Shown here: positions 12,576 to 27,980 of the stretch, piece by piece
Layout of the letters: each line of letters opens with the position of its first letter
How positions within the stretch are numbered: the stretch's first letter is position 1
Assembly: GCA_964016885.1 (NCBI GenBank)
Contig: OZ024746.1
Span: 98,580,001-98,644,000 of the forward strand
DNA: 64,000 nucleotides
From: Eledone cirrhosa
Lineage: Eukaryota
Reading direction: 5' to 3'
Program-made: the position numbers and the translations under genes
The notes under the pieces: generated by a model
The model's database searches: none
What the model was told of the DNA's origin: nothing
The model's input: the letters and a program-made list of their open reading frames with translations, nothing else

Positions 12576-15500
12576 GTACAGCATATTCGAAGTTCGATCA
12601 GCAGCCAAGCCAACGAATGCCTTCAGCAGTGGAGCCAAGCAGTCGACAAGGAATAAACCTCAGAGTAATAACATACAGCTTAAAGGGGTTTGCAAATTGA
12701 AGATAGCGACCGCTAATTTAGCGTTATATATATATATATATAATCGTAGAAATGCTAGAGCGAAAGGAAGTTGATGTATGCTGTGTGCAATAGACTAGAT
12801 GGAGAGGAGGGTCTGCTAGAGTCCTTGTAGGAAAAAGCCAGTGCTACAAATTTTTCTGGGTGGGAAATGACGATGGGATGGGTGGTGTAGGTATACTATT
12901 AGCTGACAAGTGGGTAGATAAAGTAATCTCAGTGTACAGGGTAAATGCAAGAATCATTAAACTCAGACTAGTCCTGAATAAGACAATTACCACAATAATA
13001 TCAGCTTACGCACCCCAATCGGGGCTGCCAGACGAACTTAAGGATAGGTTTTACGAGTCCCTAATACACACTACTGCTCTAACAGACGACAAGGACTTCC
13101 TAATCATTGCAGGAGATTTTAACGGACATGTAGGTAAACACTGCGACGGCTTCAATAGAGTACATGGAGGCCATGGAGTTGGCACAAGGAATGAGGAAGG
13201 ATTCAGACTTCTAGAATTCTGCGACGCCAATGACATGTCGATATGTAACACAAACTTTAAAAAACCCGACAACCACCTGATCACCTATAGATCAGGGGAG
13301 CACTCTAGTCAGTTAGATTTTATCCTCATCAGAGGACGTGACAGATGGACGGTCGTAAACACAAAAGCCTTCCCTAGTGAGGAATGTACATCCCAACATA
13401 GCTTAGTTGTCAGCGACCTCACGGTCAGAACTAGACGAACCCGGAAACAGAGGCCAACCTGGAGAAGAAAGATCTGGAAGCTGAAAGTCCCCTCAACCAG
13501 TAACAGATTTAAAGATATTTTACTCAACGCCTACGACAGTAAAGAAGAACAGATAGAGACATTTAACGTAGAAGAGAACTGGGAGTTCCTAAAAAATAAC
13601 TTACTAGAGGCGACGGATGAGGTTTGTGGCTGGAGTAAGACCTCAAGCAGGAGGAGAGTGACTTGGTGGTGGAACAATAAGGTAGATGAAGCAGTCAAGG
13701 CCAAGAGACAGGCATGGAAGAACGGGGGGGGAGCAGGGTACATTACATAGAGACCAAGAGGGAAGCTAGGCGACAAGTATACTTAGCTAGGAGGGAAGCA
13801 GAGGATAGAAAATTCAAGCATGTTTTACAACGTAAGGACCAGAAATAGGAGGTATTCAAGATTGCGAGGCAGTGTGTCAGAGATAGTTGTGATGTCATTG
13901 GAGAGAAGTGTATCCGGAATGATAAAGGTGAGCTTGCCCTCACAAGTGCTGAGAAGAAAGATGCATGGAAGAGTCATTATGATAGATTACTAAATGAGGA
14001 GAATGCATGGGAAGAAGAGACCCTACCCCACGTAGACCCTATAGAGGGACCAGCAGTACAAGTCAGCGGCAGCGTAGTAAGTAAGGCAATCAGAGATATG
14101 AAGATAGGGAAGGCAACCGGTCCATCGGGGATAGCTGCCGAGATGCTGAAGGCATCTGGGTCTGTAGGTCACACTATAACCACACGTATCGTTAACCAGG
14201 TAATACTAGAAGGGGCCATACCAAAAGATTGGTGCAGTAGCATCATTGTCAACTGCTACAAAGGTAAAGGCGATGCACTAGATAGAGGAAACTATAGAGG
14301 TATAAAGTTGATGGACCAGGTCATGAAAGTAACAGAAAGAGTTATAGCACAGCTGATTAGGGACCGGGTGAATATAGACGAGATGCAATTTGGGTTTGTA
14401 CCAGGGAAAGGCACCACTGATGCCCTCTTCCTTGTGAGGCAATTACAGGAAAAGTACCTAGCTAAAAGTAAGCCACTCTACTTGGCATTTGTCGACCTTG
14501 AGAAAGCCTTTGACAGAGTTCCACGTGCAGTAATCTGGTGGGCTCTTAGAAAACTAGGAGTAGATGAATGGCTTGTGAAAGCGGTACAAGCCATGTATAG
14601 GGGAGCAGTCAGCAAAGTTAGGATTAGCAATGAGTATAGCGAGGAATTTAGCGTACAGGTTGGGGTCCACCAGGGCTCTGTTCTTAGCCCTCTCCTGTTC
14701 ATCATAGTCCTGCAGGCAATAACGGAGGAGTTTAAGACCGGATGCCCATGGGAACTCCTGTATGCTGATGACCTCGCACTCATAGCTGAATCTATGGTAG
14801 AACTAGAGAATAAATTCCAAACCTGGAAGCAGGGACTAGAGAGAAAGGGCCTCAAAGTCAACATGACAAAGACTAAGGTCCTTGTAAGTAGACGAGAAAA
14901 CAGAACCCAGATCCCCTCAGGGATGTAGGAAAGGTGTAGGTAGGAACTCCATTCTCTGCCCCAAATGCAAACAATGGGTACACAAGAGATGTAGCGGGAT
15001 CTCAGGAAGCTTAATTAAGAATGTAGGATTCACATGCAGCAGCTGTGCTGAAACAGCAAGCAAACAGCCACAGGAAACAAGCACCACCAATCTCTGGGAG
15101 GGCCCTGTAGAAACGGTAGACGGCTTCTGCTACCTAGGTGACCGAATTTGCAACGGAGGTGGGTGCTCAGAAAGTACAATAACTAGGGTAAGAACGGGAT
15201 GGAAGAAGTTTAGGGAACTACTACCACTGCTAGCTGCAAAAGGCTTCTCCCTCAGAATGAAAGGCAGACTGTATGATGCGTGTATCCGAACAGCGATGTT
15301 GCATGGTAGTGAGACCTGGGCGCTGAAGGTGGAAGACTTATGTAGATTAGAGAGAAACGAAGCCTGCATGCTCCGATGGATGTGTAACAGTAATATACGT
15401 TACACATCAAACGACAAAGCATAAAGGAATTGAGAGAGAGACTGAGCATAAGAGGAATCAAATGCTGCGTGCAGGAGAGGCGGTTACGCTGGTATGGACA

Positions 15501-16016
15501 TGTGATGCGTATGAAGGATGACAGCTGCATAAAAAGGTGCAGAGCACTAGAAGTTGATGGAAACAGCGGAGTGGGGAGACCCAAGATGACTTGGGATGAG
15601 GTGATAAAAGCCGACCTTACCCAACTACACCTCTCAAAGTCAATGACACACGACCGTGACTTCTTGCGTCACGCAGTAATACAGGGTACCCGACCTCCCA
15701 TGGGTACATGCTGAAGCATATAAGCAATATGCCCCCACTCCCCCCACCGCAAGGTGGTCGTGGAGGTGCCACGGCAAAAAAGCACCCAGCCCACACTGTA
15801 AAGTGGACGTGTAGGCGCCACGAAAAAGCACCCAGCACTCACTGTAAATGAGGTTGGTGTTAGGAAGGGCATCCAGCTGTAGAAATCAAGCCAGATCAGT
15901 TCCTGTATGAGCAAGGCATGGTCAGCCGACCAGACACTGCCCACAACAGGACAACCCGTCTAACCCATGCTAGCGTGGAAGAACGGACGTAAAACGGTGA
16001 TGATGATGATGATGAT
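12573..16016 (+). mobile_element. RTE-clade LINE copy 1, near full length, disrupted (APE + RT + Cys/His finger)
   Basis: APE motifs (SAYAPQ, GDFNGHVG, SQLDFIL, SQH) in 12860..13750; RT motifs (FVDLEKAFDRV, QGSVLSP, YADD) in 14098..14928; LRWYGHVMR C-terminus; (GAT)n tail. Stops near 12790 and 13845, further indels, and a (TA)n interruption at about 12725. Confidence 0.95.
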
Positions 16017-16159
16017 ATAATTATTTAGCATTATATATATATATATATATATAATAAAGTACCAGTAATGTACTGGGTAATTGCTGGCCTTGTGCCAAAA
16101 GTAGAAACAATTATATATATATATATATAATGCTTACATTAATTTCTCTATTTTCATTT

Positions 16160-16378
16160 ATATATATATATATGTATGTATATATGTATATATGTATGTA
16201 TATATGTATGTATGTATATATATATGTATGTATGTATATATATATGTATGTATGTATGTATATATGTATGTATGTATATATATATGTATGTATGTATATA
16301 TATATGTATGTATATATATATGTATGTATGTATATATATATGTATATATATATGTATGTATGTATATATATATGTATG

Positions 16379-16413
<35 letters not shown>

Positions 16414-16614
16414 GTGTATATATGTGTATATATGTGTATATATGTATATATATGTATGTATATATATATATGTATGTATATATGTATATATATATATATG
16501 TATGTATATATGTATATATATATGTATATATATATGTATATATGTATATATGTATATATATATGTATATATGTATATGTATATATATATGTATATATGTA
16601 TATATATATGTATA

Positions 16615-16650
<36 letters not shown>

Positions 16651-16891
16651 TATATGTATATGTATATGTATGTATATATGTATATGTATATATGTGTATA
16701 TATGTATATGTATATATGTATATGTATATATGTATATATATATATGTATGTATATATGTATATATATATATATATGTATATATGTATATATAATACATAT
16801 ATATATATACATATATACATATACATATATACATATACATATATACACATATATACATATACATATATACATACATATACATATACATATA

Positions 16892-16927
<36 letters not shown>

Positions 16928-16998
16928 TATACATATATATATACATAATATACATATATATATATACATATACATATATACATATATACATATATACA

Positions 16999-17039
<41 letters not shown>

Positions 17040-18770
17040 GTATGTATATATGTATATATATATATGTATGTATATATGTATATATATATATGTATGTATA
17101 TATGTATATATATATATGTATGTATATATGTATATATATATATGTATGTATATATGTATATATATATATGTATGTATATATGTATATATATATATGTATG
17201 TATATATGTATATATATATATGTATGTATATATGTATATATATATATGTATGTATATATGTATATATATATATGTATGTATATATGTATATATATATATG
17301 TATGTATATATGTATATATATATATGTATATATATATATGTATGTATATATGTATATATATATATGTATATATATATATGTATATATATATATGTATGTA
17401 TATATGTATATATATATATGTATGTATATATGTATATATATATATGTATGTATATATGTATATATATATATGTATGTATATATGTATATATATATATGTA
17501 TATATATATATGTATATATATATATGTATATATATATATGTATATATATATATGTATATATATATATGTATATATATATATGTATATATATATATGTATA
17601 TATATATATGTATATATATATATGTATATATATATATGTATATATATATATGTATATATATATATGTATATATATATATGTATATATATATATGTATATA
17701 TATATATGTATATATATATATGTATATATATATATGTATATATATATATGTATATATATATATGTATATATATATATGTATGTATATATGTATATATATG
17801 TATGTATATATGTATATATATGTATGTATATATGTATATATATGTATGTATATATGTATGTATATATGTATATATGTATGTATATATGTATGTATATATG
17901 TATATATATATATGTATGTATATATGTATATATATATATGTATGTATATATGTATATATATATATGTATGTATATATGTATATATATATATGTATGTATA
18001 TATGTATATATATATATGTATGTATATATGTATATATATATATGTATGTATATATGTATATATATATATGTATGTATATATGTATGTATATATGTATGTA
18101 TATATGTATATATATATATGTATGTATATATGTATATATATATATGTATGTATATATGTATATATATATATGTATGTATATATGTATATATATATATGTA
18201 TGTATATATGTATATATATATATGTATGTATATATGTATATATATATATGTATGTATATATGTATATATATATATGTATGTATATATGTATATATATATA
18301 TGTATGTATATATGTATATATATATATGTATGTATATATGTATATATATATACGTATGTATATATATATATATATAGTATGTATATATATATATGTATGT
18401 ATATATATATATGTATGTATATATATATACGTATGTATATATATATATGTATGTATGTATATATATATATATATGTATGTATATATGTATGTATATATGT
18501 ATGTATATATGTATGTATGTATATATATATGTATGTATGTATATATATATGTATGTATGTATATATATATGTATGTATGTATATATGTATGATATATATA
18601 TGTATGTATATATATATGTATGTATATATATATATATATATGTATGTATATATGTATGTATGTATGTATGTATATATATATATATGTATATATGTATGTA
18701 TGTATGTATGTATATATATATGTATGTATATATATATATGTATGTATGTATATATATATATATGTATGTA

Positions 18771-18806
<36 letters not shown>

Positions 18807-19290
18807 TATATGTATGTATGTATATATATATATGTATGTATATATATATATATGTATGTATATATATATATATATGTATGTATATATATATATATGTATG
18901 TATATATATATATATGTATGTATATATATATGTATGTATGTATATATATATATGTATGTATATATATATATGTATGTATATGTATATATGTATGTATATA
19001 TATATATATGTATGTATATATATATGTATGTATGTATATATATATATATGTATGTATATATATATATGTATGTATATATATATATATGTATGTATATATA
19101 TATATATGTATGTATATATATATATATGTATGTATATATATATATATGTATGTATATATATATATATGTATGTATATATATATATATGTATGTATATATA
19201 TATATATGTATGTATATATATATATATGTATGTATATATATATATGTATGTATATATATATATATGTATGTATATATATATATATGTATG

Positions 19291-19328
<38 letters not shown>

Positions 19329-19696
19329 TGTATGTATATATATATATATGTATATATATATGTATGTATATATATATATATGTATATATATATGTATGTA
19401 TGTATATATATATGTATGTATGTATATATATATATATGTATGTATATATATATATGTATGTATATATATATATATGTATGTATATATGTATATATATATA
19501 TATGTATGTATATATGTATATATATATATATGTATGTATATATGTATATATATATATATGTATGTATATATGTATATATATATATATGTATGTATATATG
19601 TATATATATATATATGTATGTATATATGTATATATGTATATATATATGTATGTATATATGTATATATATATATATGTATGTATATATGTATATATG

Positions 19697-19759
<63 letters not shown>

Positions 19760-22700
19760 GTATATATGTATATATATATATATGTATGTATGTATATATA
19801 TATATATATGTATGTATATATATATATATGTATGTATATATGTATATATATATATGTATGTATGTATATATATATATATGTATGTATATATGTATATATA
19901 TATATGTATGTATGTATATATATATATATGTATGTATATATGTATATATATATATATGTATGTATATATGTATATATATGTATGTATATATGTATATATA
20001 TATATATGTATGTATATATGTATATATATGTATGTATATATGTATATATATATATATATGTATGTATATATATATATATGTATGTATATATGTATATATA
20101 TATATATGTATGTATATATGTATATATGTATATATATATATATGTATGTATATATGTATATATATATATATGTATGTATATATGTATATATATGTATATA
20201 TATATATATGTATGTATATATGTATATATATGTATATATATATATATGTATGTATATATGTATTAATATATATATACATATATACATACATATATATATA
20301 TATACATATATACAACATATATATATATATACATACATATATATATATATATACATATATACATACATATATATACATATATACATACATATATATATAT
20401 ATACATATATGTTCTTCTTTTTGGTAAATATCATCTTGGTTAAGAGAGTGGGACTGGCTTTGTGCAGTGCCTTTGCTCACTATAAAAGCTTCACGGCACA
20501 GGCATTGCTTTATATCTGGAGATCTCTCTGCACTTGTCGTCACATGGTACCATGGGCCCAGCACTATGTGTCAGTAATTGTCACAAGTGTAGTGTTTGTA
20601 CCAGAGTTTCAAGTCGCTGGCTGGACTAAAAAGTCACACTCGTTCAGCGCATCGGTAGGGGTTCTCCTACATGGATATAAAGTAGTGGCCGTACTCGAAA
20701 ACGAGTTGGCAGCCACCATATATATATGTATGTATATATGTATATATATATATATGTATGTATATATGTATATATATATATATATGTATGTATATATGTA
20801 TATATGTATGTATATATGTATATATATTATATATGTATGTATATATGTATATATATATATGTATGTATATATATATATATGTATGTATATATGTATATAT
20901 GTATGTATATATGTATATATATATATATGTATGTATATATGTATATATATATATATATGTATGTATATATGTATATATATATGTATATATGTATATATAT
21001 ATATATATGTATGTATATATGTAATATATATATATATGTATGTATATATGTATATATATATATATGTATGTATATGTGTATATATATATATATGTATGTA
21101 TATATGTATATATATATATATGTATGTATATATGTATATATATATATATGTATGTATATATGTATATATATATATATGTATGTATATATGTATATATATA
21201 TATGATGTATATATGTAATATATATATATGTATGTATATATGTATATATATATATGTATGTATATATGTATATATATATATATGTATGTATATATGTATA
21301 TATATATATATGTATGTATATATGTATATATATATATATGTATGTATATATGTATATATATATATAATGTATGTATATATGTATATATATATATATGTAT
21401 GTATATATGTATATATATATATATGTATGTATATATGTATATATATATATATGTATGTATATATGTATATATATATATGTATGTATATATATATGTATAT
21501 ATATATATATGTATGTATATATGTATATATATATATATGTATGTATATATGTATATATATATATATGTATATATGTATATATATATATATGTATGTATTA
21601 TGTATATATATATATGTATGTATATTGTATATATATATATATGTATGTATATATGTATATATATATATATGTATGTATATATGTATATATATATATATGT
21701 AAGTATATATGTATATATATATATATGTATGTATATATGTATATATATATATATGTATGTATATATGTATATATATATATATGTATGTATATATGTATAT
21801 ATATATATATATGTATGTATATATATATATATATATGTATGTATATATGTATATATATATATATGTATGTATATATGTATATATATATATATGTATATAT
21901 ATATATGTATATATGTATATATATGTATGTATATATGTATATATATATGTATGTATATATGTTATATATATATATATGTATGTATATATGTATATATATA
22001 TTATGTATATATGTATATATATATATGATAGTATGTATATATGTATATATATATATATGTATGTATATATGTATATATATATATATAATGTATATATATG
22101 TATATATGTATGTATATATGATGTATATATATATATATGTATGTATATATGTATATATATATGTATGTATATATGTATATATATATATGTATGTATATAT
22201 GTATATATATATATATGTATGTATATATGTATATATATATATATGTATGTATATATGTATATATATATATATGTATGTAATAGGTATATATATATGTATG
22301 TATATGTATATATATATATGTATGTATATATGTATATATATTATATGTATGTATATATGTATAATATATAGTTATGTATGTATATATGTATATATATATA
22401 TATGTATGTATATATGTATATATATATATTATGTATGTATATATATATGTATGTATTATGTATATATATATATGTATGTATATATGTATATATATATATG
22501 TATGTATGTATATATGTATATATTATATATGTATATATATTATGTATGTATGTATATATGTATATATATATGTATGTATGTATATATGTATATATATATA
22601 TGTATGTATGTATATAAGTATATATATATATGTATGTATGTATATATGTATATATATATATGTATGTATGTATATATGTATATATATATAGGTATGTATG

Positions 22701-23003
22701 TATATATGTATATATATATATGTATGTATGTATATATGTATATATATATATGATGTATGGTATATATGTATATATATATATATGTATGTATATATGTATA
22801 TATATAATATGTATGTTTATATGTATATATATATATATATGTATGTATATATGTATATATATATATATGTATGTATATATGTATATATATATATATGTAT
22901 GTATATATGTATATATATGTATGTATATATGTATATATATATATATGTATGTATATATGTATATATATATATATATGTATGTATATATGTAATATATATA
23001 TGT
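16160..23003. repeat. About 6.8 kb (TA)n/(TATG)n compound array with inverted blocks and a unique island
   Basis: Directly visible; source of all the Y/I/M/C/V ORFs. Confidence 0.97.
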
Positions 23004-26000
23004 AGGAATCCACAAATCTGCCGCTTTTCCCTGCGAGACAGATTGTGTTTAGACCGGGATTGTCCTTTACCCATCTCCCCGGGGACCCGTCGGACAAATG
23101 AAAATAAAATAAAAAATAAAAGCAAAAACAAAAACCATAACCTACATAAAAATAACCACTACCACAGTCACCACACAGTCTTCTAAACAGGAAACTTCTT
23201 CCTCTTTTTTAGCCATAATGAATCTGGCAAAAGAACTGGAAAAAAACATTCGAGCTATCACCCAGCACACCCTCCACTATCACCCCACTGCACAAACTCC
23301 CATTGCTGCCATTAACAAACAAACAAATTAACAACACACCAAAACAATTAAAAACCATCCACTCTCGCCTCTACATTTTTGCTTAACGCCCAAGGCATCA
23401 GCCCTTCCACCAATACTCAAAAATGGAAGATCAAATTCCTGGAGGACTGGATTGATGTCCATCCAAACCACATCCTTTCTTCGTCCTCACTGAAACCCAT
23501 CTCAGTAACCTCCACTTGGAAGCCGAGGTGAAAGTGAAAAATTTCAAAGCCATCCGTGCTGATCGCGCTGGCAGAAGAAGGGCGGAACTGCCATTTATGT
23601 CCATAATTCTTTCTCAACAGAGGCTATGAACATATTCATTAATGGATACTGTGAAGCAGTCACTGTATTCAGTCAAACCAACAACCTATTAGTAGTTGGG
23701 CTCTATAGGCCACCCCAAACGCCTGTACCATGCTTCAAGGAATGCCTCAACAGCATAAAGTGTTTCATCCAAGAGTGTCACCCTGACAACATCTTAATGA
23801 TGGGGGACTTCAACCTCCCCGGAGTTGACTGGTCCACAAACAGCCTGCCACCAGGTTCTTCTGCCTCAACCTCTGACAGGGAAGCTGTGGAATCGCTTCT
23901 TGACTTCATGGATGATTTCTTCCTATCCCAACTGGTGCTCGAACCAACAAGGTGCCACAAAAACGTCCTAGACTTAATTTTCAGCAATCACACTGACAAT
24001 ATCCACAATATTGCAGTGGAGAAAACTCTACTCTCTGATCATGACATGGTTCTCTGTGATCTGAGATTCCACCGTCCAATATACAAACCCAATGTCATCT
24101 CTCCTGTCCATCCGTTTGACGCTATGGATTTCCACAATGCAAACTGGGAAGCGATCAGTCATGATCTTGCACATGTCGACTGGTCCTTCACGCACACTCA
24201 TACACCCACTAACATCAAAAAGTCCTGGCAGACATTTGTGGGCTCTGTTACAAACATATGTGCTAAACACACCCCATTAAGAACTATAAACAAATCTAAG
24301 AGCAGAATCCCTAGAAATAGAAAAACGCTCATCAGAAAAATTAAGAGAACGAACAAAAAAATCAACAAGCTGAAATACTTTCAGCAGCAACACATCAACT
24401 TGACTGCCATTTCATCACTAGAGATTAAAAAACATAACCTCCAAAACAACATAATGTCCCTCATCAACAATCAGAGAAGAGCTGAAGAGGCCTGGGCCAT
24501 TGAGAAGATCAAACTCAATCCCAAAGTGTTCTTTTCATTTGCAAAAAAACACAAAATCACTGGCTCTACTGTTGGCCCTCTAATTGATGAAAATGGCACT
24601 CTTCAAGACAATGCTAAAACCATGGGTGAGATACTGCAGAAACAATACTGCTCTGTTTTCAGCAATCCTGATATGGCCGATCTGGGCTGTATCGGCGATG
24701 TTACTCCCCATTACACCTTATCGGACATAACGTTTGGCGCCCCTGATGTCTTGACGCCAATAAAGGAAATCAAGCATAATTCAGCAGTAGGTCCCGATAG
24801 GTTCCCTGCTTGTGTCTTGAAGGCGTGTCAACACCAACTTGCATCTCCTCTTGCCAATCTGTGGCGGAACTCACTGGATGCTGGATATGTGCCAGAAAAC
24901 CTTCTATCCCAATCTGTTGTCCCAGTTTTCAAAAAGGGAAACAAATCCCTTGCCGTGAATTACCGTCCAATCTCACTCACCTCTCATATCATTAAGGTAT
25001 TTGAGAGAGTGGTGAGATCGCAAATGACCCACTTCCTTGAGAGTAACAATATGCTGAACTCCAACCAGCATGGATTCCGTAATGGAAGGGATTGCCTGAC
25101 GCAGCTACTGCATCACTTTGATGACATTTTGAGAGCCTTGGGAGAGGGTTCCAACACTGATGTTATCTACCTTGATTTCAGCAAGGCCTTTGACAGGGTT
25201 GATCATAACATTCTACTGAGAAAGCTGTCCAATATTGGTGTCACTGGAAAGCTGCTGCAGTGGATCAAGAGCTTCCTGTCAAACAGAACCCAACATGTTG
25301 TGGTTGAGGGATTCAAATCCAGCCCAGCCAAAGTCAGTAGTGGGGTCCCACAAGGCACTGTGTTGGGCCCACTTCTCTTCATCATCTATATTAATGACAT
25401 CACTGACATCATCAAACACAGCAACATTAAAATTTTCGCTGATGATTCCAAGCTCCAAAAGGTCATCAATGGCGTGGATGACCGGATAAGCCTTCAGTCA
25501 GACCTACTGGCTGTTACCCAATGGGCGGAAAAGAACAACATCTTACTGAACGAAGACAAATTCGAACTGATCCACTTTGGAAAAGAGGATGCTCTGAAAC
25601 TCCCGTACTCCCTTCCCTCCGGGGAAACTCTCGTGGCATCTAACAACATCAGAGACTTGGGAGTAACCGTGGACAGCAACATAAGCTGGGCCACGCATAT
25701 AAGCAGCAAAGTTGACATGACCCGCAGAATGTGTTCCTGGATCCTCAGAACCTTCCAGTCGAGAGATTCCCGCACCATTATCCTTCCCTTCTCTACTTTT
25801 GCCCGACCACACCTTGAATACTGTTGTCCACTGTGGTCTCCCCACACGAAACAAAGTATCATGAAACTTGAAGCTCCTCAAAGGGCAATCACGAAAAAGA
25901 TAGATGGCATGTCAGACCTTGACTACTGGGGTCGATTAGAAAACCTGAAACTTTACTCACTCCAACATCGCCGTGAGCGTTATATTATCTGCATGATGTG

Positions 26001-26410
26001 GAAAATGTTCCATCATCACTGCCCAAATGATGTTGGCATCGCCTTCAAGATACACCCAAGGCTTGGGCCCCGTGCTATCCGTCCCATTCAAAAATCTAAA
26101 TCGCAACTCATAACAACAATACGGCACAATTATTTCACCTCAATCGGCCCTGCTCTCTTCAACATCACACCAGGACACGTCAAAACAGAAACTGACCACA
26201 CAAAATTCAAGAAGTCTTTGGACAAATTCCTCCAAGTAATCCCGGATAAACCACCCACACCCGGATATGTCTCCGCAAACAGTAATTCTCTTCTCGAATG
26301 GGCCATGGTGCCCAAATCCTGAATTGAAAGACTTCGCCAGGTGGTGCTATTAAGTTAGACATGGCCTGGGCCAATACTGGCCAAAACATTTCAAAGTTAT
26401 TCAAAGTTAT
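23004..26410 (+). mobile_element. CR1/L2-group LINE, 5'-truncated within ORF1, inserted in the TA/TATG array
   Basis: ORF1 tail with C-x8-C-x4-C finger ([16 protein letters not shown]). ORF2 begins near 23370 (LNAQGI...LTETHL...RADR) with frameshifts, then stays open. Short 3' UTR ends (TTCAAAGTTA)x2. Same microsatellite on both flanks. Confidence 0.9.
23626..26322 (+). CDS. LINE ORF2 endonuclease/reverse transcriptase (898-aa open portion)
   Basis: YRPP, GDFNLP, LDLIF, SDH (APE); [34 protein letters not shown] (RT); RPHLEYC..WSP C-terminus. Confidence 0.92.
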   Translation: MNIFINGYCEAVTVFSQTNNLLVVGLYRPPQTPVPCFKECLNSIKCFIQECHPDNILMMGDFNLPGVDWSTNSLPPGSSASTSDREAVESLLDFMDDFFLSQLVLEPTRCHKNVLDLIFSNHTDNIHNIAVEKTLLSDHDMVLCDLRFHRPIYKPNVISPVHPFDAMDFHNANWEAISHDLAHVDWSFTHTHTPTNIKKSWQTFVGSVTNICAKHTPLRTINKSKSRIPRNRKTLIRKIKRTNKKINKLKYFQQQHINLTAISSLEIKKHNLQNNIMSLINNQRRAEEAWAIEKIKLNPKVFFSFAKKHKITGSTVGPLIDENGTLQDNAKTMGEILQKQYCSVFSNPDMADLGCIGDVTPHYTLSDITFGAPDVLTPIKEIKHNSAVGPDRFPACVLKACQHQLASPLANLWRNSLDAGYVPENLLSQSVVPVFKKGNKSLAVNYRPISLTSHIIKVFERVVRSQMTHFLESNNMLNSNQHGFRNGRDCLTQLLHHFDDILRALGEGSNTDVIYLDFSKAFDRVDHNILLRKLSNIGVTGKLLQWIKSFLSNRTQHVVVEGFKSSPAKVSSGVPQGTVLGPLLFIIYINDITDIIKHSNIKIFADDSKLQKVINGVDDRISLQSDLLAVTQWAEKNNILLNEDKFELIHFGKEDALKLPYSLPSGETLVASNNIRDLGVTVDSNISWATHISSKVDMTRRMCSWILRTFQSRDSRTIILPFSTFARPHLEYCCPLWSPHTKQSIMKLEAPQRAITKKIDGMSDLDYWGRLENLKLYSLQHRRERYIICMMWKMFHHHCPNDVGIAFKIHPRLGPRAIRPIQKSKSQLITTIRHNYFTSIGPALFNITPGHVKTETDHTKFKKSLDKFLQVIPDKPPTPGYVSANSNSLLEWAMVPKS

Positions 26411-26518
26411 GTATATATATATATGTATGTATATATGTATATATATATATGTATGTATATATGTATATATATATATGTATGTATATATGTATATATATAT
26501 ATGTATGTATATATGTAT

Positions 26519-26549
<31 letters not shown>

Positions 26550-26710
26550 TGTATATATGTATATATATATATGTATGTATATATGTATATATATATATAT
26601 GTATGTATATATGTATATATATATATGTATGTATATATGTATATATATATATATGTATGTATATATGTATATATATATATGTATGTATATATGTATGTAT
26701 GTATATATGT

Positions 26711-26741
<31 letters not shown>

Positions 26742-26809
26742 TGTATATATGTATGTGTATGTATATATGTATATGTATGTATGTATGTATATGTATGTAT
26801 GTATGTATG

Positions 26810-26841
<32 letters not shown>

Positions 26842-26869
26842 TATATATATATATGTATATGTATGTATG

Positions 26870-26905
<36 letters not shown>

Positions 26906-26942
26906 TGTATATATATATATGTATGTATGTATGTATATATAT
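26411..26942. repeat. (TA)n/(TATG)n array, continuation of 16160-23003
   Basis: Same unit pattern as the array on the other side of the LINE. Confidence 0.95.
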
Positions 26943-27227
26943 GGAGGCACATGACTTAGTGGTTAGAGCATTGGCCTTGCAATCGAAAGGTTGTGAGTTC
27001 AATTCTCAGACCGGGTGATGTGTTGTTTCCTTGAGCAAGACACTTTATTTCACATTGCTCCAGTTTACTATAAAGTGGTCGTGGAGGTGCCACGGCAAAA
27101 AAATCATCACCCAGCACTCACTGTAAATGAGGTTGGTGTTAGGAAGGGCATCCAGCTGTAGAAATCAAGCCAGAGTCCGTTCCCGTCCCACCCTTGCAAG
27201 TAGGGAAAAGCGGACGTAAGATGATGT

Positions 27228-27231
<4 letters not shown>
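26943..27231 (+). mobile_element. tRNA-CORE SINE with RTE tail type 2 (internal deletion)
   Basis: GGAGGCACATGACTTAGTGG A-box region, GAGTTCAATTC B-box, CORE-like segment, and a tail matching the 3' end of RTE copy 2. Confidence 0.85.
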
Positions 27232-27266
<35 letters not shown>

Positions 27267-27386
27267 ATACAGAAAGTGCTCAAATGTAGAAATTCTACAA
27301 AGATAACTTGTAAAATAGGGTGAAGTTCATCAGCCTATTTTATAAGTTATTTTTTTAACATGTCTGTGCTTGAGCACTTATATGTA

Positions 27387-27927
27387 TGACGGAGGTTCAA
27401 AAGGTTCGTGGAAAAATGACAGTTGGAAACACAGTTTCAGTTATGTTTATTTTTCAATATATGTTCCATCTAGGTCAATACATTTCTGCGAGAGTTGACA
27501 CCAGCCGTTAAATCCGTCTGTGTAAGAGTGAGGGCCATGCAATTTAAAACATGTCAAAGCAGCTTTTTTTACATCTTCAACTGGAGATCAACTTCAACCT
27601 CATCTCTTCCACTTCTAAAACAACTTATTCATTTGTAGGTTGTTGATTTCTTTGGGGCATTGTCCCCATAAATTTGCTCCAGAGAGTCAATGGTTTGGTT
27701 GTTTTTACAGCCTAGCTTCCCCATGAATTTGATTTTTTGATGGCGGCCATGTTGCTCAAGTGGGTACTGACTTCCGACTGGCACCGGCACATTGCAACAT
27801 GTATTTAAGGGTTCATGTTAGAACATCTTATGACATGTTAGTACAAGAACATATTGGTGCATTGAGATCAAAATCCCTGCATATGATTTTTAGCTATGTA
27901 CTTTTTCCACTAATTTTGAAGCCCTCT

Positions 27928-27930
<3 letters not shown>
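27387..27930 (-). mobile_element. Internally deleted mariner (irritans/Hsmar2-like)
   Basis: Minus strand encodes an N-terminal IKFMGKLG..N.QTIDSLEQIYGDNAPKKSTTYK fused to a C-terminal EDVKKAALT...SQKCIDLDGTYIEK*. Imperfect TIRs (ttcaaaa..gtggaaaaa) with TA flanks. Confidence 0.8.

Positions 27931-27980
<50 letters not shown>

Noticed and set aside
20720-23003. Scattered point variants suggesting an older array sub-domain
   Set aside because: Isolated single-base indels are equally explained by low consensus accuracy; cannot be resolved without reads.
16111-23131. Very long Y/I/H/M/C/V-rich ORFs (up to 1468 aa)
   Set aside because: Artefacts of (TA)n/(TATG)n, which contains few stop codons; open in many frames on both strands.
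26943-27015. tRNA gene
   Set aside because: A/B boxes belong to SINE heads that continue into CORE-like sequence; no complete cloverleaf is evident.
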